From Macrostomum lignano (taxonomy: Eukaryota): a DNA stretch of 64,000 bases. This document shows positions 38,136-50,300 of this stretch, one piece after another; within the stretch, counting starts at the first letter, position 1; each line of letters starts with the position of its first letter. The notes under the pieces were generated by a model. The model saw only the letters and a program-made list of their open reading frames with translations. It was not told where the DNA came from and searched no databases. The stretch covers positions 248,001 to 312,000 of the forward strand of contig NIVC01000659.1 in assembly GCA_002269645.1 (NCBI GenBank), read 5' to 3'. Both the position numbers and the translations under genes were made by a program.

Positions 38136-41100
38136 TCACTGCTCCTCAGAGTTGGCCGGAGCGTTCAGGCAGATCCACTGGCCGTCCAGGCTCTCCTTCC
38201 ACAGGCTGACTTTGTTGTCGCCGCTGCTCACCGCCAGCAGGTTGCCGGTGACGCTCCAGCTGACGTGCCAGAGGACGTCTTGGAATGGCGGCAGGGTGAC
38301 GGAGCTCCAGGAGGTGTCCTCGTCGCGACGGGTCCAGATAATAACCCGGCAGTCCTAAGGATTCAGATTGGGAATAGCGAATGGGCTACAAATAGAAGGG
38401 CCCAGCAACTGGGGATCTGGGAGGCTGGCCCAGCAACTGGGGATCTGGGAGGCTGGCCCAGCAACTGGGGATCTGGGAGGCTGGTGGCCCAGCAACTGAG
38501 GATCTGGGAGGCTGGTGACCCAGCAACTGAGGATCTGGGAGGCTGGCCGAGCAACTGAGGATCTGAGGGGTGGCCCAGCAACTGAGGATCTGGGAGGCTG
38601 GCCGAGCAACTGAGGATCTGGGAGGCTGGCCCAGCAACTGAGGATCTGGGAGGCTGGTGGCCCAGCAACTGAGGATCTGGGAGGCTGGTGGCCCAGCAAC
38701 TGGGGATCTGGGAGGCTGGCCCAGCAACTGGGGATCTAGGAGGCTGGCCCATCGACTGAGGATCTGGGAGGCTGGCCCAGCAACTGAGGATCTGGGAGGC
38801 TGGCCCAGCAACTGAGGATCTGGGAGGCTGGCCCAGCAACTGAGGATCTGGGAGGCTGGTGACCCAGCAACTGAGGATCTGGGAGGCTGGTGACCCAGCA
38901 ACTGAGGAGCTGGGAGGCTGGTGACCCAGCAACTGAGGATCTGGGAGGCTGGCCCAGCAACTGGGGATCTGGGAAGCTGGTGGCCCAGCAACTGAGGATC
39001 TGGGAGGCTGGTGACCCAGCAACTGAGGATCTGGGAGGCTGGCCGAGCAACTGAGGATCTGGGAGGCTGGTGGCCCAGCAACTGGGGATCTGGGAGGCTG
39101 GCCGAGCAACTGAGGATCTGGGAGGCTGGCCCAGCAACTGAGGATCTGGGAGGCTGGTGGCCCAGCAACTGGGGATCTGGGAGGCTGGCCCAGCAACTGA
39201 GGATCTGGGAGGCTGGCCCAGCAACTGAGGATCTGGGAGGCTGGCCCAGCAACTGAGGATCTGGGAGGCTGGTGACCCAGCAACTGAGGATCTGGGAGGC
39301 TGGTGACCCAGCAACTGAGGAGCTGGGAGGCTGGTGACCCAGCAACTGAGGATCTGGGAGGCTGGCCCAGCAACTGAGGATCTGGGAGGCTGGCCCAGCA
39401 ACTGAGGATCTAGGAGGCTGGCCCATCGACTGGGGATCTGGGAGGCTGGCCCAGCAACTGAGGATCTGGGAGGCTGGTGACCCAGCAACCGAGGATCTGG
39501 GAGGCTGGTGACCCAGCAACTGAGGATCTGGGAGGCTGGCCCAGCAACTGAGGATCTGGGAGGCTGGCCCAGCAACTGGGGATCTAGGAGGCTGGCCCAT
39601 CGACTGGGGATCTGGGAGGCTGGCCCAGCAACTGAGGATCTGGGAGGCTGGCCCAGCAACTGGGCATCTGGGAGGCTCGCCCAGCAACTGAGGAGCTGGG
39701 AGGCTGGTGACCCAGCAACTGAGGATCTGGGAGGCTGGCCCAGCAATTGGGGATCTGGGAGGCTGGCCCAGCAACTGAGGATCTGGGAGGCTGGCCCAGC
39801 AATTGGGGATCTGGGAGGCTGGCCCAGCAACTGAGGATCTGGGAGGCTGGCCTAGCAACTGGGGATCTGGGAGGCTGGCCCAGCAACTGAGGATCTGGGA
39901 GGCTGGCCCAGCAACTGAGGATCTGTGTAGAATGGGGATCGCATCGCACCTGGCCGCAGCTGGCAATCATGTCTCTGGACAGTCCGAGATTGGGCGCCCA
40001 GGCGACGTCGCGCACCCAGTCCGAGTGGCCCTCCAGAGTGCTCTCGCGGGACCACTGAGCGCCGTCGGGTTCCAGACGCCAGACGCGCACCTGTCAGCGG
40101 CCGGGAATAGCAACAAGGATTAACATGTGTATAATTTAGAAGTAACATATCAAGGTCATCCGTCATCCCCGTCACCTGTCCATCGCAGCCGCCGGATACC
40201 AGGCGCCGAGCGGTCGGTGCCGAGCCGCGACCACCGGCGGCGTCATCGGCGGCTGAGGAGGCCACGGGCGGGCAGAGCAGCGAGCTGGGCTGAGTGGCCG
40301 GGGCCCAGCTGACCGCGTTGACACCGATGGTGTGCGCGTTGGGGATTTTTGAGGTCTCCCAGTTGCCATCCTGAATAAACGCAGGTATGTTCTATTTTTT
40401 TGGATACATATCGGCTGAGTGAACCTATTTTCGATACATATCGGCTGGGTGAACCTATTTTCGATACATATCGGCTGACTAAACCTATTTTCTATACATA
40501 TCGGTTGACTAAACCTATTTTCTATACATCGGTTGACTAAACCTATTTTCGATACATATCGGTTGACTAAACCTATTTTCGATACATATCGGTTGACTAA
40601 ACCTATTTTCTATACATCGGTTGACTAAACCTATTTTCGATACATATCGGTTGACTAAACCTATTTTCTATACATCGGTTGACTAAACCTATTTTCTATA
40701 CATATCGGATTATTGAACCTATTTTCGATACATATCGGCTGTGGCATACATTCAAATTTTAATTGAGTAAGCTAGAACAGCTAACCTGGCCGCAGGTGAC
40801 CACAGAGATGCTGCCATCAGAGGAGGCGCAGGCAAACATTAATCCGTACTCGTGCGGTGCCCAAGCCACAGAATTAACGCTGCTCTCGTGCTGCGCGTGT
40901 TCATAAACAACCTCCCATTGCTGGTGCTGCTGTTGACGCTGCTGGTGCTGTTGCGGCGCTGCGGCGGACTCTCGCCAGACCAGCACTCGCCGATCGTAGC
41001 TGCAGGAGGCCAGCAGGGAGCCGTGAACAGGATGCGACCAGGCCACCTGCCACACAGGCCCCTCGTGTCTGGCCAGAGTGCACAGCAGCGATTGGCCGCG

Positions 41101-41232
41101 ATTTCGGACATCGAATACTCGGATGGTCTTGTCCGACGAGCAGGTGGCCAGCCGGGTGCCGTAGTAATCTAGCTGGGCATCGTGGATCATGTCATCGTGT
41201 GCAGTGTCCACTGTTTGCATTACAGACACCAT
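38136..41232 (-). CDS. SEC13: SEC13 WD40 protein (COPII / nuclear pore / GATOR2), 4 exons, 333 aa
   Basis: Exons 41232-40786, 40370-40176, 40090-39950 and 38354-38136, all phase 0 GT-AG. Motifs: [104 protein letters not shown]. Confidence 0.97.
38400..39925. repeat. 28/31-bp minisatellite (CAGCAACTGAGGATCTGGGAGGCTGGCC) filling SEC13 intron 3
   Basis: Direct inspection. Confidence 0.96.
40395..40740. repeat. ~28-30-bp minisatellite (TACATATCGGTTGACTAAACCTATTTTCGA) filling SEC13 intron 1
   Basis: Direct inspection. Confidence 0.92.
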
Positions 41233-41289
41233 AGTTGGCTTGGTAAATAGCGATCAATACTAAGCATGAATGGCATGCATTTACAATTG

Positions 41290-42255
41290 CAGTGGGGGCG
41301 ATTCTTGGGGTGGGTGACTGAATGAGGGGCGATTCTTGGGGTGGGTGACTGGATGAGGGGCGATTCTTGGGGTGGGTGAGGGGCGATTCTTGGGGTGGGT
41401 GACCGGGTGAGGGTCGATTCTTGGGGTGGGTGACTGGGTGAGGAGCGATTCTTGGGTGGGTGACTGAATGAGGGGCGATTCTTGGGGTGGGTGACTGAAT
41501 GAGGGGCGATTCTTGGGGTGGGTGACTGGGTGAGGAGCGATTCTTGGGTGGGTGACTGAATGAGGGGCGATTCTTGGGGTGGGTGACTGAATGAGGGGCG
41601 ATTCTTGGGGTGGGTGACTGGGTGAGGAGCGATTCTTGGGTGGGTGACTGAATGAGGGGCGATTCTTGGGGTGGGTGACTGAATGAGGGGCGATTCTTGG
41701 GGTGGGTGACTGGGTGAGGAGCGATTCTTGGGTGGGTGACTGAATGAGGGGCGATTCTTGGGGTGGGTGACTGAATGAGGGGCGATTCTTGGGGTGGGTG
41801 ACTGGGTGAGGGGCGATTCTTGGGGTGGGTGACTGGGTGAGGAGCGATTCTTGGGGTGGGTGACTGGGTGAGGAGCGATTCTTGGGGTGGGTGAGGGGCG
41901 ATTCTTGGGGTGGGTGACTGGGTGAGGGGCGATTCTTGGGGTGGGTGACCGGGTGAGGGGCGATTCTTGGGGTGGGTAACTGAATGAGCGGCGATTCTTG
42001 GGGTGGGTGACTGAATGAGGGGCGATTCTTGGGGTGGGTGAGGGGCGATTCTTGGGGTGGGTGACTGGGTGAGGAGCGATTCTTGGGGTGGGTGACTGAA
42101 TGAGGGGCGATTCTTGGGGTGGGTGAGGGGCGATTCTTAGGAATGGGTGAGGGGCGATTCTTGGGAATGGGTGAGGGGCGATTCTTGGGGTGGGTGAGGG
42201 GCGATTCTTGGGGTGGGTGAGGGGTGATTCTTAGGGTGGGTGAAGGGCGATTCCT
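41290..42255. repeat. G-rich ~23-31-bp minisatellite (GAGGGGCGATTCTTGGGGTGGGTGACTGAAT) ~60 bp upstream of the SEC13 ATG
   Basis: Direct inspection. Confidence 0.94.
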
Positions 42256-43409
42256 GGGTTGGCTGTGACAATTCAGGTGCCAGGTGAACAAAAGTGGCTA
42301 TTAGGAGTGAGGCAGTCGACTGGGAAAAATATTTTAAAGACAAAAGAGAAGATATACTATAGCAGCCGAAGTCGCATTTTGCAACAACTGGATAGCTATA
42401 ATGTATATTAATGATAACTCAATGTTAGTACGAAGTTAGTTTAGTAATTAATAGCTGTGTCAACTGAATACATAGATTTGAGTATTGTATTGACGACAGA
42501 GTCTTTCACTGACAACAGACTTTAACTCTACATACACTTACTAATCAGCTAATCTCTTAAAACATCTTATTAGAAGATCAGCACAGCAACGCTTATTTAA
42601 AAATTTATAGACCAAAGCCAGCCAATCAAAATACAAAAACCGGCTGGGGCCAATAAAATACAGAAGAGAAAGAGAGAGAATTTAAAAGAAGAAGCAAACA
42701 GCAAAGCACCGCTAGTCAGAGAAACGAAGAGGAAAAAGTTGATTAATATTTCAAATATTGATTTAATTTTTTAAAGCGCAGTAAAAGACCATATGATAGC
42801 CAAGAGAAAAGTGAAATGTTTGTTTTCAAATTGAATTATTTGATAAAAGGAAGCGAATAAAACCACATTAAGCAGATAAAATTAATACTATTATTACACA
42901 ATTATTGATAATTTTCGACGCAAAATAATAAATTGTAGTTCTGACAATAAAGGACTGTGTTTACTGATCAAAACTAATTCAAAAGCAAAGCGCATTTGCG
43001 TCACTTTATGCATTTCGCATTTATAACAACTCTATTTAGACTACTTGAGTCAGTAGCAAGTTAAGCGCTAACACAAACGACTCTTGGACGACTTTAGTCA
43101 TTTTAGTAATAAGTTGAGCTCATTTTTGACACTCCTGTCGATCACAGCAAACACAGTCTGGAAACTTTTGCAACACACCTCGTATAAGCCGCAAAATTAG
43201 AGATAAAAAAGAAGACAACATGACAGTCAAGACACAGGAGCATACACTCATATTGTGGCAATATAATAATTCTTAGATTATTCAGTAGGAAGTAGCAGGC
43301 TGAGGCCTTGATTAGTTTTAATCGTCGTGCCCTGGCGACATCGGATGCTGCAATGGGAAATATGTAAGGGAATTGATTGACAACGTAAATTAATTTTTGA
43401 CTAACAAAA

Positions 43410-44050
43410 TAGGCGCCAATTTAGCGCCTTAGTCTACATTTCAGGCGCCAATTTAGCGCCGCAGTCTACATTTTAGGCGCCAATTTAGCGCCGCAGTCTA
43501 TATTTTAGGCGTCAATTTAGCGCCGCAGTCTACATTTCAGGCGCCAATTTAGCGCCGCAGTCTACATTTTAGGCGTCAATTTAGCGCCGTAGTCTACATT
43601 TCAGGCGCCAATTTAGCGCCGCAGTCTACATTTTAGGCGTCAATTTAGCACCGCAGTCTACATTTCAGGCGCCAATTTAGCACCGCAGTCTACATTTCAG
43701 GCGCCAATTTAGTGCCGCAGTCTACATTTCAGGCGCCAATTTAGCGCCGTAGTCTACATTTCAGGCGCCAATTTAGCGCCGCAGTCTACATTTTAGGCGT
43801 CAATTTAGCGCCGCAGTCTACATTTCAGGCGCCAATTTAGCGCCGCAGTCTACATTTTAGGCGCCAATTTAGCGCCGTAGTCTACATTTCAGGCGCCAAT
43901 TTAGCGCCGCAGTCTACATTTTAGGCGCCAATTTAGCGCCGCAGTCTACATTTTAGGCGCCAATTTAGCGCCGCATCTACAACTCTACATTTAGGCGTCA
44001 ATTTAGCGCCGCAGTTTACAACTCTACATTTTAGGCGCCAATTTAGCGCC
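43410..44050. repeat. 32-bp minisatellite (AGGCGCCAATTTAGCGCCGCAGTCTACATTTT), ~19 copies
   Basis: Direct inspection. Confidence 0.94.
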
Positions 44051-44385
44051 GAGAGCCAACATAAAAAGATTATAATTGGATGGCATGGCAACATACTACT
44101 TATATTAGTAACGCATCTAGTAAAACAAATCACTGTTACAAAATTGTCATACGAGAAAAAAACAACCCAAAATATTCATTTAGCGGCCAAAAAGGAAAGC
44201 AAGGAAACAAAGGATGCCGAGAGGAAAGGCTCTAATTTTTTCTTTTGACTGCTTACTGTTTGCTTCTAGTAGACTGTAGATTATTTCGAGTATCTGTATT
44301 GTAACACCGACCACCGTTTGTTCGCTCGCAGTTGTTTACGCTGTGCATGTGCTTATAATAATGCAATAAAGTACTTCTATCTGCG

Positions 44386-47300
44386 TCACTTGTGGCCTGG
44401 ATTCGGGTGCTGCGTTTGAGCTTCATGATGTTCAGGTGTCTTATCATGATGTTCAGGTGTCTTGTCATCATGATGTTCAGGTGTCTTATCATGATGTTCA
44501 GGTGTCTTATCATGACGTTCAGGTGTCTTATCATGATGTTCAGGTGTCTTATCATGATGTTCAGGTGTCTTGTCGTCATGATGTTCAGGTGTCTTATCAT
44601 GATGTTCAGGTGTCTTATCATGATGTTCAGGTGTCTTATCATGATGTTCAGGTGTCTTATCATGATGTTCAGGTGTCTTATCATGATGTTCAGGTGTCTT
44701 GTCATCATGATGTTCAGGTGTCTTATCATGATGTTCAGGTGTCTTATCATGATGTTCAGGTGTCTTGTCATGATGTTCAGGTGTCTTATCATGTTCAGGC
44801 TTCTTATCATCATGATGTTCAGGTGTCTTGTCATCATGATGCTCATCATCCTTATCATGTCGTCCACTGTCTCGGTGGTCGTCGTGCTCCCGACTGTCCC
44901 GGTCATCCCGGTCGCGGCGATCCCGTCTGTCTCGATCGCGCCCACCGAGCAGCTGCAAAATTTCGTACTTCTACTACTGACATGAAGCTGACATGCTACT
45001 GACATGAAGCTGACATGCTACTGACAGACAAGGAGGCCCTCTTTATTCAATATCCAGCAAAAGCATGGAACTATCTCTATAAAAAAGTTGCAGACAGCTC
45101 AATAGCATTTTGATTGACAGGCCCCACACCCAGACGCTTACGTCCTCATCGTCGTCCGGGTGCTCGCGATCGTAATCGTCCTCGAACTGCTTGAATTCGT
45201 CGTCCTTGTAGGGCGGCGCGTCGTCCTCTTCGGAGGTCTGGGTGAGCGCGAGGGAAGGAGGTATATATAGGTTTGGGTGGCTCTTGAGTAGGCTGAAGAC
45301 AAGAGTAAAAAAGGCCAAGAGGCCAAACGGACAAGAGGCCAAAGAAACAAGAGGCCAAAGGGACAAGAGGCCAAAAGGGACAAGAGGCCAAAGGGACAAG
45401 AGGCCAAAGGGCTAAGAGGCCAAAGGGACAAGAGGCCAAAGGGACAAGAGGCCAAAGGGACAAGAAGCCAAAGGGCTAAGAGGCCAAAGGGCTAATAGGC
45501 CAAAGGGCCAGGAGGCCAAAGGGCTAATAGGCCAAAGGGCCAGGAGGCCAAAGGGCTAATAGGCCAAAGGGCCAGGAGGCCAAAGGGCTAATAGGCCAAA
45601 GGGCCAGGAGGCCAAAGGGCCAAAAGGGCAAAGGGCCTAGAGGGAAGATTGAGCCAAGAGCCAAGAGACCAAAGGGACAAGAGGTCAAAGGAAAAGAGGC
45701 CAAAGGGCCAAGAGGCCAATATAAACCCCAAACCCACCTTCCAATCATCGTCCTTCTTGAAGTCGGGATTCTTAGTCCACCGCTCGAACTCATCCCAGCT
45801 GATCATCATGTCCTTGTTGGTGTCGACCTTGTCCAGCACCTCCTGCCGCATCCGCTCCATCTCGTGCTGCTTCTCTAACGCATTTACCGTAGTATCGTTA
45901 GTGCGATTGTAGGCCTTCTCCAGCTGTTGGCGGGGGGTCAGTTTGATATGAAAAACTTGTATTATGGGGTCATTTAAGGTCAAGCAATGATTTTCATAAT
46001 CAACACACTACTGACACCTTTTTATGCATTTCTTCTAAATTCTAAAACTAAAAAATAAAATCTTTGCTTTTTCATACCGCAGCACCTGCTAAAATATCAA
46101 AGCAAGTCTACAAATAGAAAGCAAGCTAAACTACCTTTAGTTGCCTTTAAAAAATTATCTAAATTGATTTTCTGCTACTATTAGTAATGACTCACTTCAA
46201 TTGAAGATGCACAATGAGACGAAAATTTATTGGAAGCAAAAATGGAAGATAGTTTAATTTATGGATTCTACATACATACTACTTAACAAATCTAATAAGT
46301 AGTAAGTAGCACACGAACCTCTTTCAGGAATAGCGCTTCAATCTCGTTAACGTCCAAATGCCCGTCGCCATTGACGTCTAGAAATTGACAACAGAATCGA
46401 GATGCGTTTAACTGATTCTTGATTGTACTATTGTCTACTAACAGTAGTCAAAAAACAGCTTGCAGAATCCAATGCTAACAAAGAAAAAACAAAGACTCAG
46501 CCGTTACCATGCAGTAGGAAAAATGTTTTCGGATTGAAAGAATCCTTGTCCATGTGGTCCTCATCAGCCCAGGCGTCCCGCAGCTGCTCACTGCTGCCCT
46601 GTTAGGGATATATTTGGCATTTTGAAGACAAAATCGGGCCAAAAGGAAAAAAACAAAGGACTTTTGTTCAGTAGGAAAAAATAGCCTTTTGAAAAACACC
46701 TGCAAATTAAATTTGACATAGTAACAGCAGACACCGAAGTAATGCCTACATTTTAGGTTTATTAATTGTAACTTTCTGATATTTCTACTGTTAGTAAAGC
46801 GGAATGGAATGTTTATTTATTTTTTGTCAGAATGTCGTGTTTTTTGATTGATCTCAGACTAAATCAGAAAGATATAGTAACTACAAAACCGAAAAGAATA
46901 AACAAAAGTAACAAGAAAAGTCGATCGAGATCAAACTAATCTCCCGAATTCCTGAAAGACTCAGTCGTTACCGTGCAAATTAAAAAATGTTTTCGCGTCG
47001 AATTCTTGACTAAGTCCGTCCTGATTGGTCCACAGGTCCATCAGCTGGGCCAGACTGCCCTGGACGCGTTATTTTATAACTTTGCACTTTTGTAAAGTTT
47101 CAGAACTTGGGAGATTTCGAGAAACTGGGCCATGAGAGATGAAGTGCGACTATGGGTCAGCTGGGGTCATGAGGGGTGACTGTGGGTCAGCTGGGGTCAT
47201 GAGGGTGACTGTGGGTCAGCTGGGGTCATGAGGGGTGACTGCGGGTTAGCTGGGGTCATGAGGGATAACTGTGGGTCAGCTGGGGTCATGAGGGTGACTG

Positions 47301-50300
47301 TGGGTCAGCTGGGGTCATGAGGGTGACTGTGGGTCAGCTGGGGTCATGAGGGATAACTGTGGGTCAGCTAGGGTCATGAGGGATAACTGTGGGTCAGCTG
47401 GGGTCATGAAGGGATAACTGTGGGTCAGCTGGGGTCATGAGGGTGACTATGGGTCAGCTGGGGTCATGAGGGGTGACTGCGGGTTAGCTAGGGTCATGAG
47501 GGATAACTGTGGGTGTTTCAGAAATTGAAACACCCCCCCCCCAAGTTCCTAGTAACTGTTTCAAAGAGCAAGCTAAAAATGCGCAACAACGCACCGGATG
47601 GTGAATCTTTTCATGTTGCTTGTGCTTCTTTTTCTCTTCTTGGTATTCCTTCTCGGCCACTTCTCTGGCTTTGGTGTCGTTAATCTTGTGCAGCTTGCGC
47701 AGTCTCAGATGCTCCTTCATCATCTCGTACTGCTTGTATTGCTCCTAAATTGAAGAAAGGATAAGTAAGTTGTAGAAAACTACTGACTAGTGTCTATGGC
47801 CTACTGAGCGCTTCTTAACGAACTATCCCTCCTTGGTTACAGCATCTTGTTATCTTCCTCAGCATCTTGTTATCTTCCTCAGCATCTTGTTATCTTCCTC
47901 AGCATCTTGTTATCTTCCTCAACATCTTGTTATCTTCCTCGGCATCTTGTTATCTTCCTCAGCATCTTGTTATCTTCCTCAGCATCTTGTTATCTTCCTC
48001 AACATCTTGTTATCTTCCTCAGCATCTTGTTATCTTCCTCAGCATCTTGTTATCTTCCTCAGCATCTTGTTATCTTCCTCAGCATCTTGTTATCTTCCTC
48101 AGCATCTTGTTATCTTCCTCAGCATCTTGTTATCTTCCTCAGCATCTTGTTATCTTCCTATCTCTTGTTCATTCTTCATTCTCTTCTTCATTCTTCATTC
48201 TCTTCTTCATTCTTCTCTTCCTCATCCTCCCATCTCTTCCTCATCCCGCCATCTCTTCCTCATCCTCCCATCTCTTCCTTATCCTCCCATCTCTTCCTCA
48301 TCCTCATATCTCTTCCTCATCCTCCTATCTCTTCCTTATCCTCCCATCTCTTCCTTATCCTCCCATCTCTTCCTTATCCTCCTATCTCTTCCTCATCCTC
48401 CTATCTCTTCCTTATCCTCCCATCTCTTCCTCATCCTCCCATCTCTTCCTCATCCTCCCATCTCTTCCTCATCCTCCTATCTCTTCCTCATCCTCCCATC
48501 TCTTCCTCATCCTCCCATCTCTTCCTCATCCCGCCATCTCTTCCTCATCCTCCCATCTCTTCCTTATCCTCCCATCTCTTCCTCATCCCGCCATCTCTTC
48601 CTCATCCTCCCATCTCTTCCTCATCCTCCCATCTCTTCCTCATCCTCCTATCTCTTCCTTATCCTCCCATCTCTTCCTCATCCTCCTATCTCTTCCTCAT
48701 CCTCCCATCTCTTCCTCATCCTCCCATCTCTTCCTCATCCTCACATCTCTTCCTCATCCTCCTTTCTCTTCCTCATCCTCCCATCTCTTCCTCATCCTCC
48801 CATCTCTTCCTCATCCTCCCATCTCTTCCTCATCCTACCATCTTTTCCCCATCCTCCCATCTATTCATCATCCTCACATCTCTTCCACAGACTCCCATCG
48901 ATGCCTCCGATACCACAGCGCTCCCCAGCTCACCTGCTTGGCCTCGTCCACCCTGTGCATATCGGAGACCACTTGGCGAATCAATTTTTCCAAATCGGAC
49001 GACTCAAACGAATGGGGATTCTCGTGATCCAAATGAGCCTTCTTAATGGTCTCCTGGTCCATGTTGAACACATCCGGATGGATTGGAACTTCCGCTTCGC
49101 GCATCGGATTTCCGGCGGCAGCTTTTTTAGCTTCTAACATTTTCTCCAACGCGTTGAGCCGGTCAACCTCTTTGCGCTTGATCTCGTCTAGGCGAGTGCG
49201 CACAGAGTGGTCAACGAACTCCAGCTGGCTAGCCAAATCTCCCGCCTGCACAGTGGGGAAAATTTGTAGGAACAAATAAGAAGCAAAAACCCTACTGACA
49301 CCATTATCTGCTTGTCCATGCTTGTCTACCGCGGCGCTCTGATGTGCCAGGGGTCCCAAGGCTCGTTTCTAATCCAAGTGCAGTCACATTAATTTGGGGA
49401 TAAATTGGAATCTCCGCTTGCCTCTGCTTGTGCAATTAACGCCATTGAGGGCCAAACCCCAAGGCACAGTGAAGTGTACATGCCTAACGATAGATAAAGT
49501 TAGGGCCGCTGTACACTCCTGTGTGAGTGTGTGCCTGTGCGTATGACTGCGTACGTATTCTTGTGCTAATTGTGTGCCTGCTCAGGGGAGTCTGTGGAAT
49601 GGGGAAGCCTCTCTTGCTTCTAAATTTATATTATACACTATTCAAGCTGTGTCTGTGTCAGAATGTGCCGGGTAAGCTTCCTAGAGTTGAGTGGTAACTT
49701 CATTAAATTAATAAACAATAACTGCAATTTCTATATAATAACCTATAACTATATCAGGGGCTTGACAGCCAGATGAAAGAGGCCGACCGGCCGACGCCAC
49801 AGATACTAGAATAACTGGACGGGCCACTCAGCACATTTGCGTGCAAGCTACTTTCAGTTCAGTAGTAAGTTAAACTGAAGCATTTTAATGTATTTTTAAA
49901 GCCAAGGCTCATTTATTGGCTTTTGATTCCCAGCTTGAACCCTCCAACCGCGCCTTTCCACACTAACCCCGCCCCGCCCCAATTTTTATTGCCTTTCTCG
50001 GAAATCCAGCCTAAAGCTGCCATGTACATTTCAGTGGACTGGCCAATGTACATTATGGCTGAGCCAATTAGCAAGTTGTTTAAACCTGAAAGCTTGGGCT
50101 TCTAAACTTATTGAAGTTATTTCAGCCGCCTTTATTTTATAAAATAGTTTATGTATTCTTCTTTGCTACTGAACTGAAAGTAGAAAGCTGTTTTACTTAC
50201 TACATATGCCTGAGTGGCCCATCTGGTTATTTTAGTAGTATCTATGGCCGACCCCTAGTCTATATAGTCACTCCTAAATATATAAAAAACCAACCATCAC

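Noticed and set aside
36138-39966. Repetitive ORFs (MKSQLPDPDT)n and ([13 protein letters not shown])n; regular 28-33-bp repeats superficially like CRISPR arrays
   Set aside because: Head-to-tail repeats with no unique spacers, no cas genes, and a eukaryotic intronic or intergenic context.
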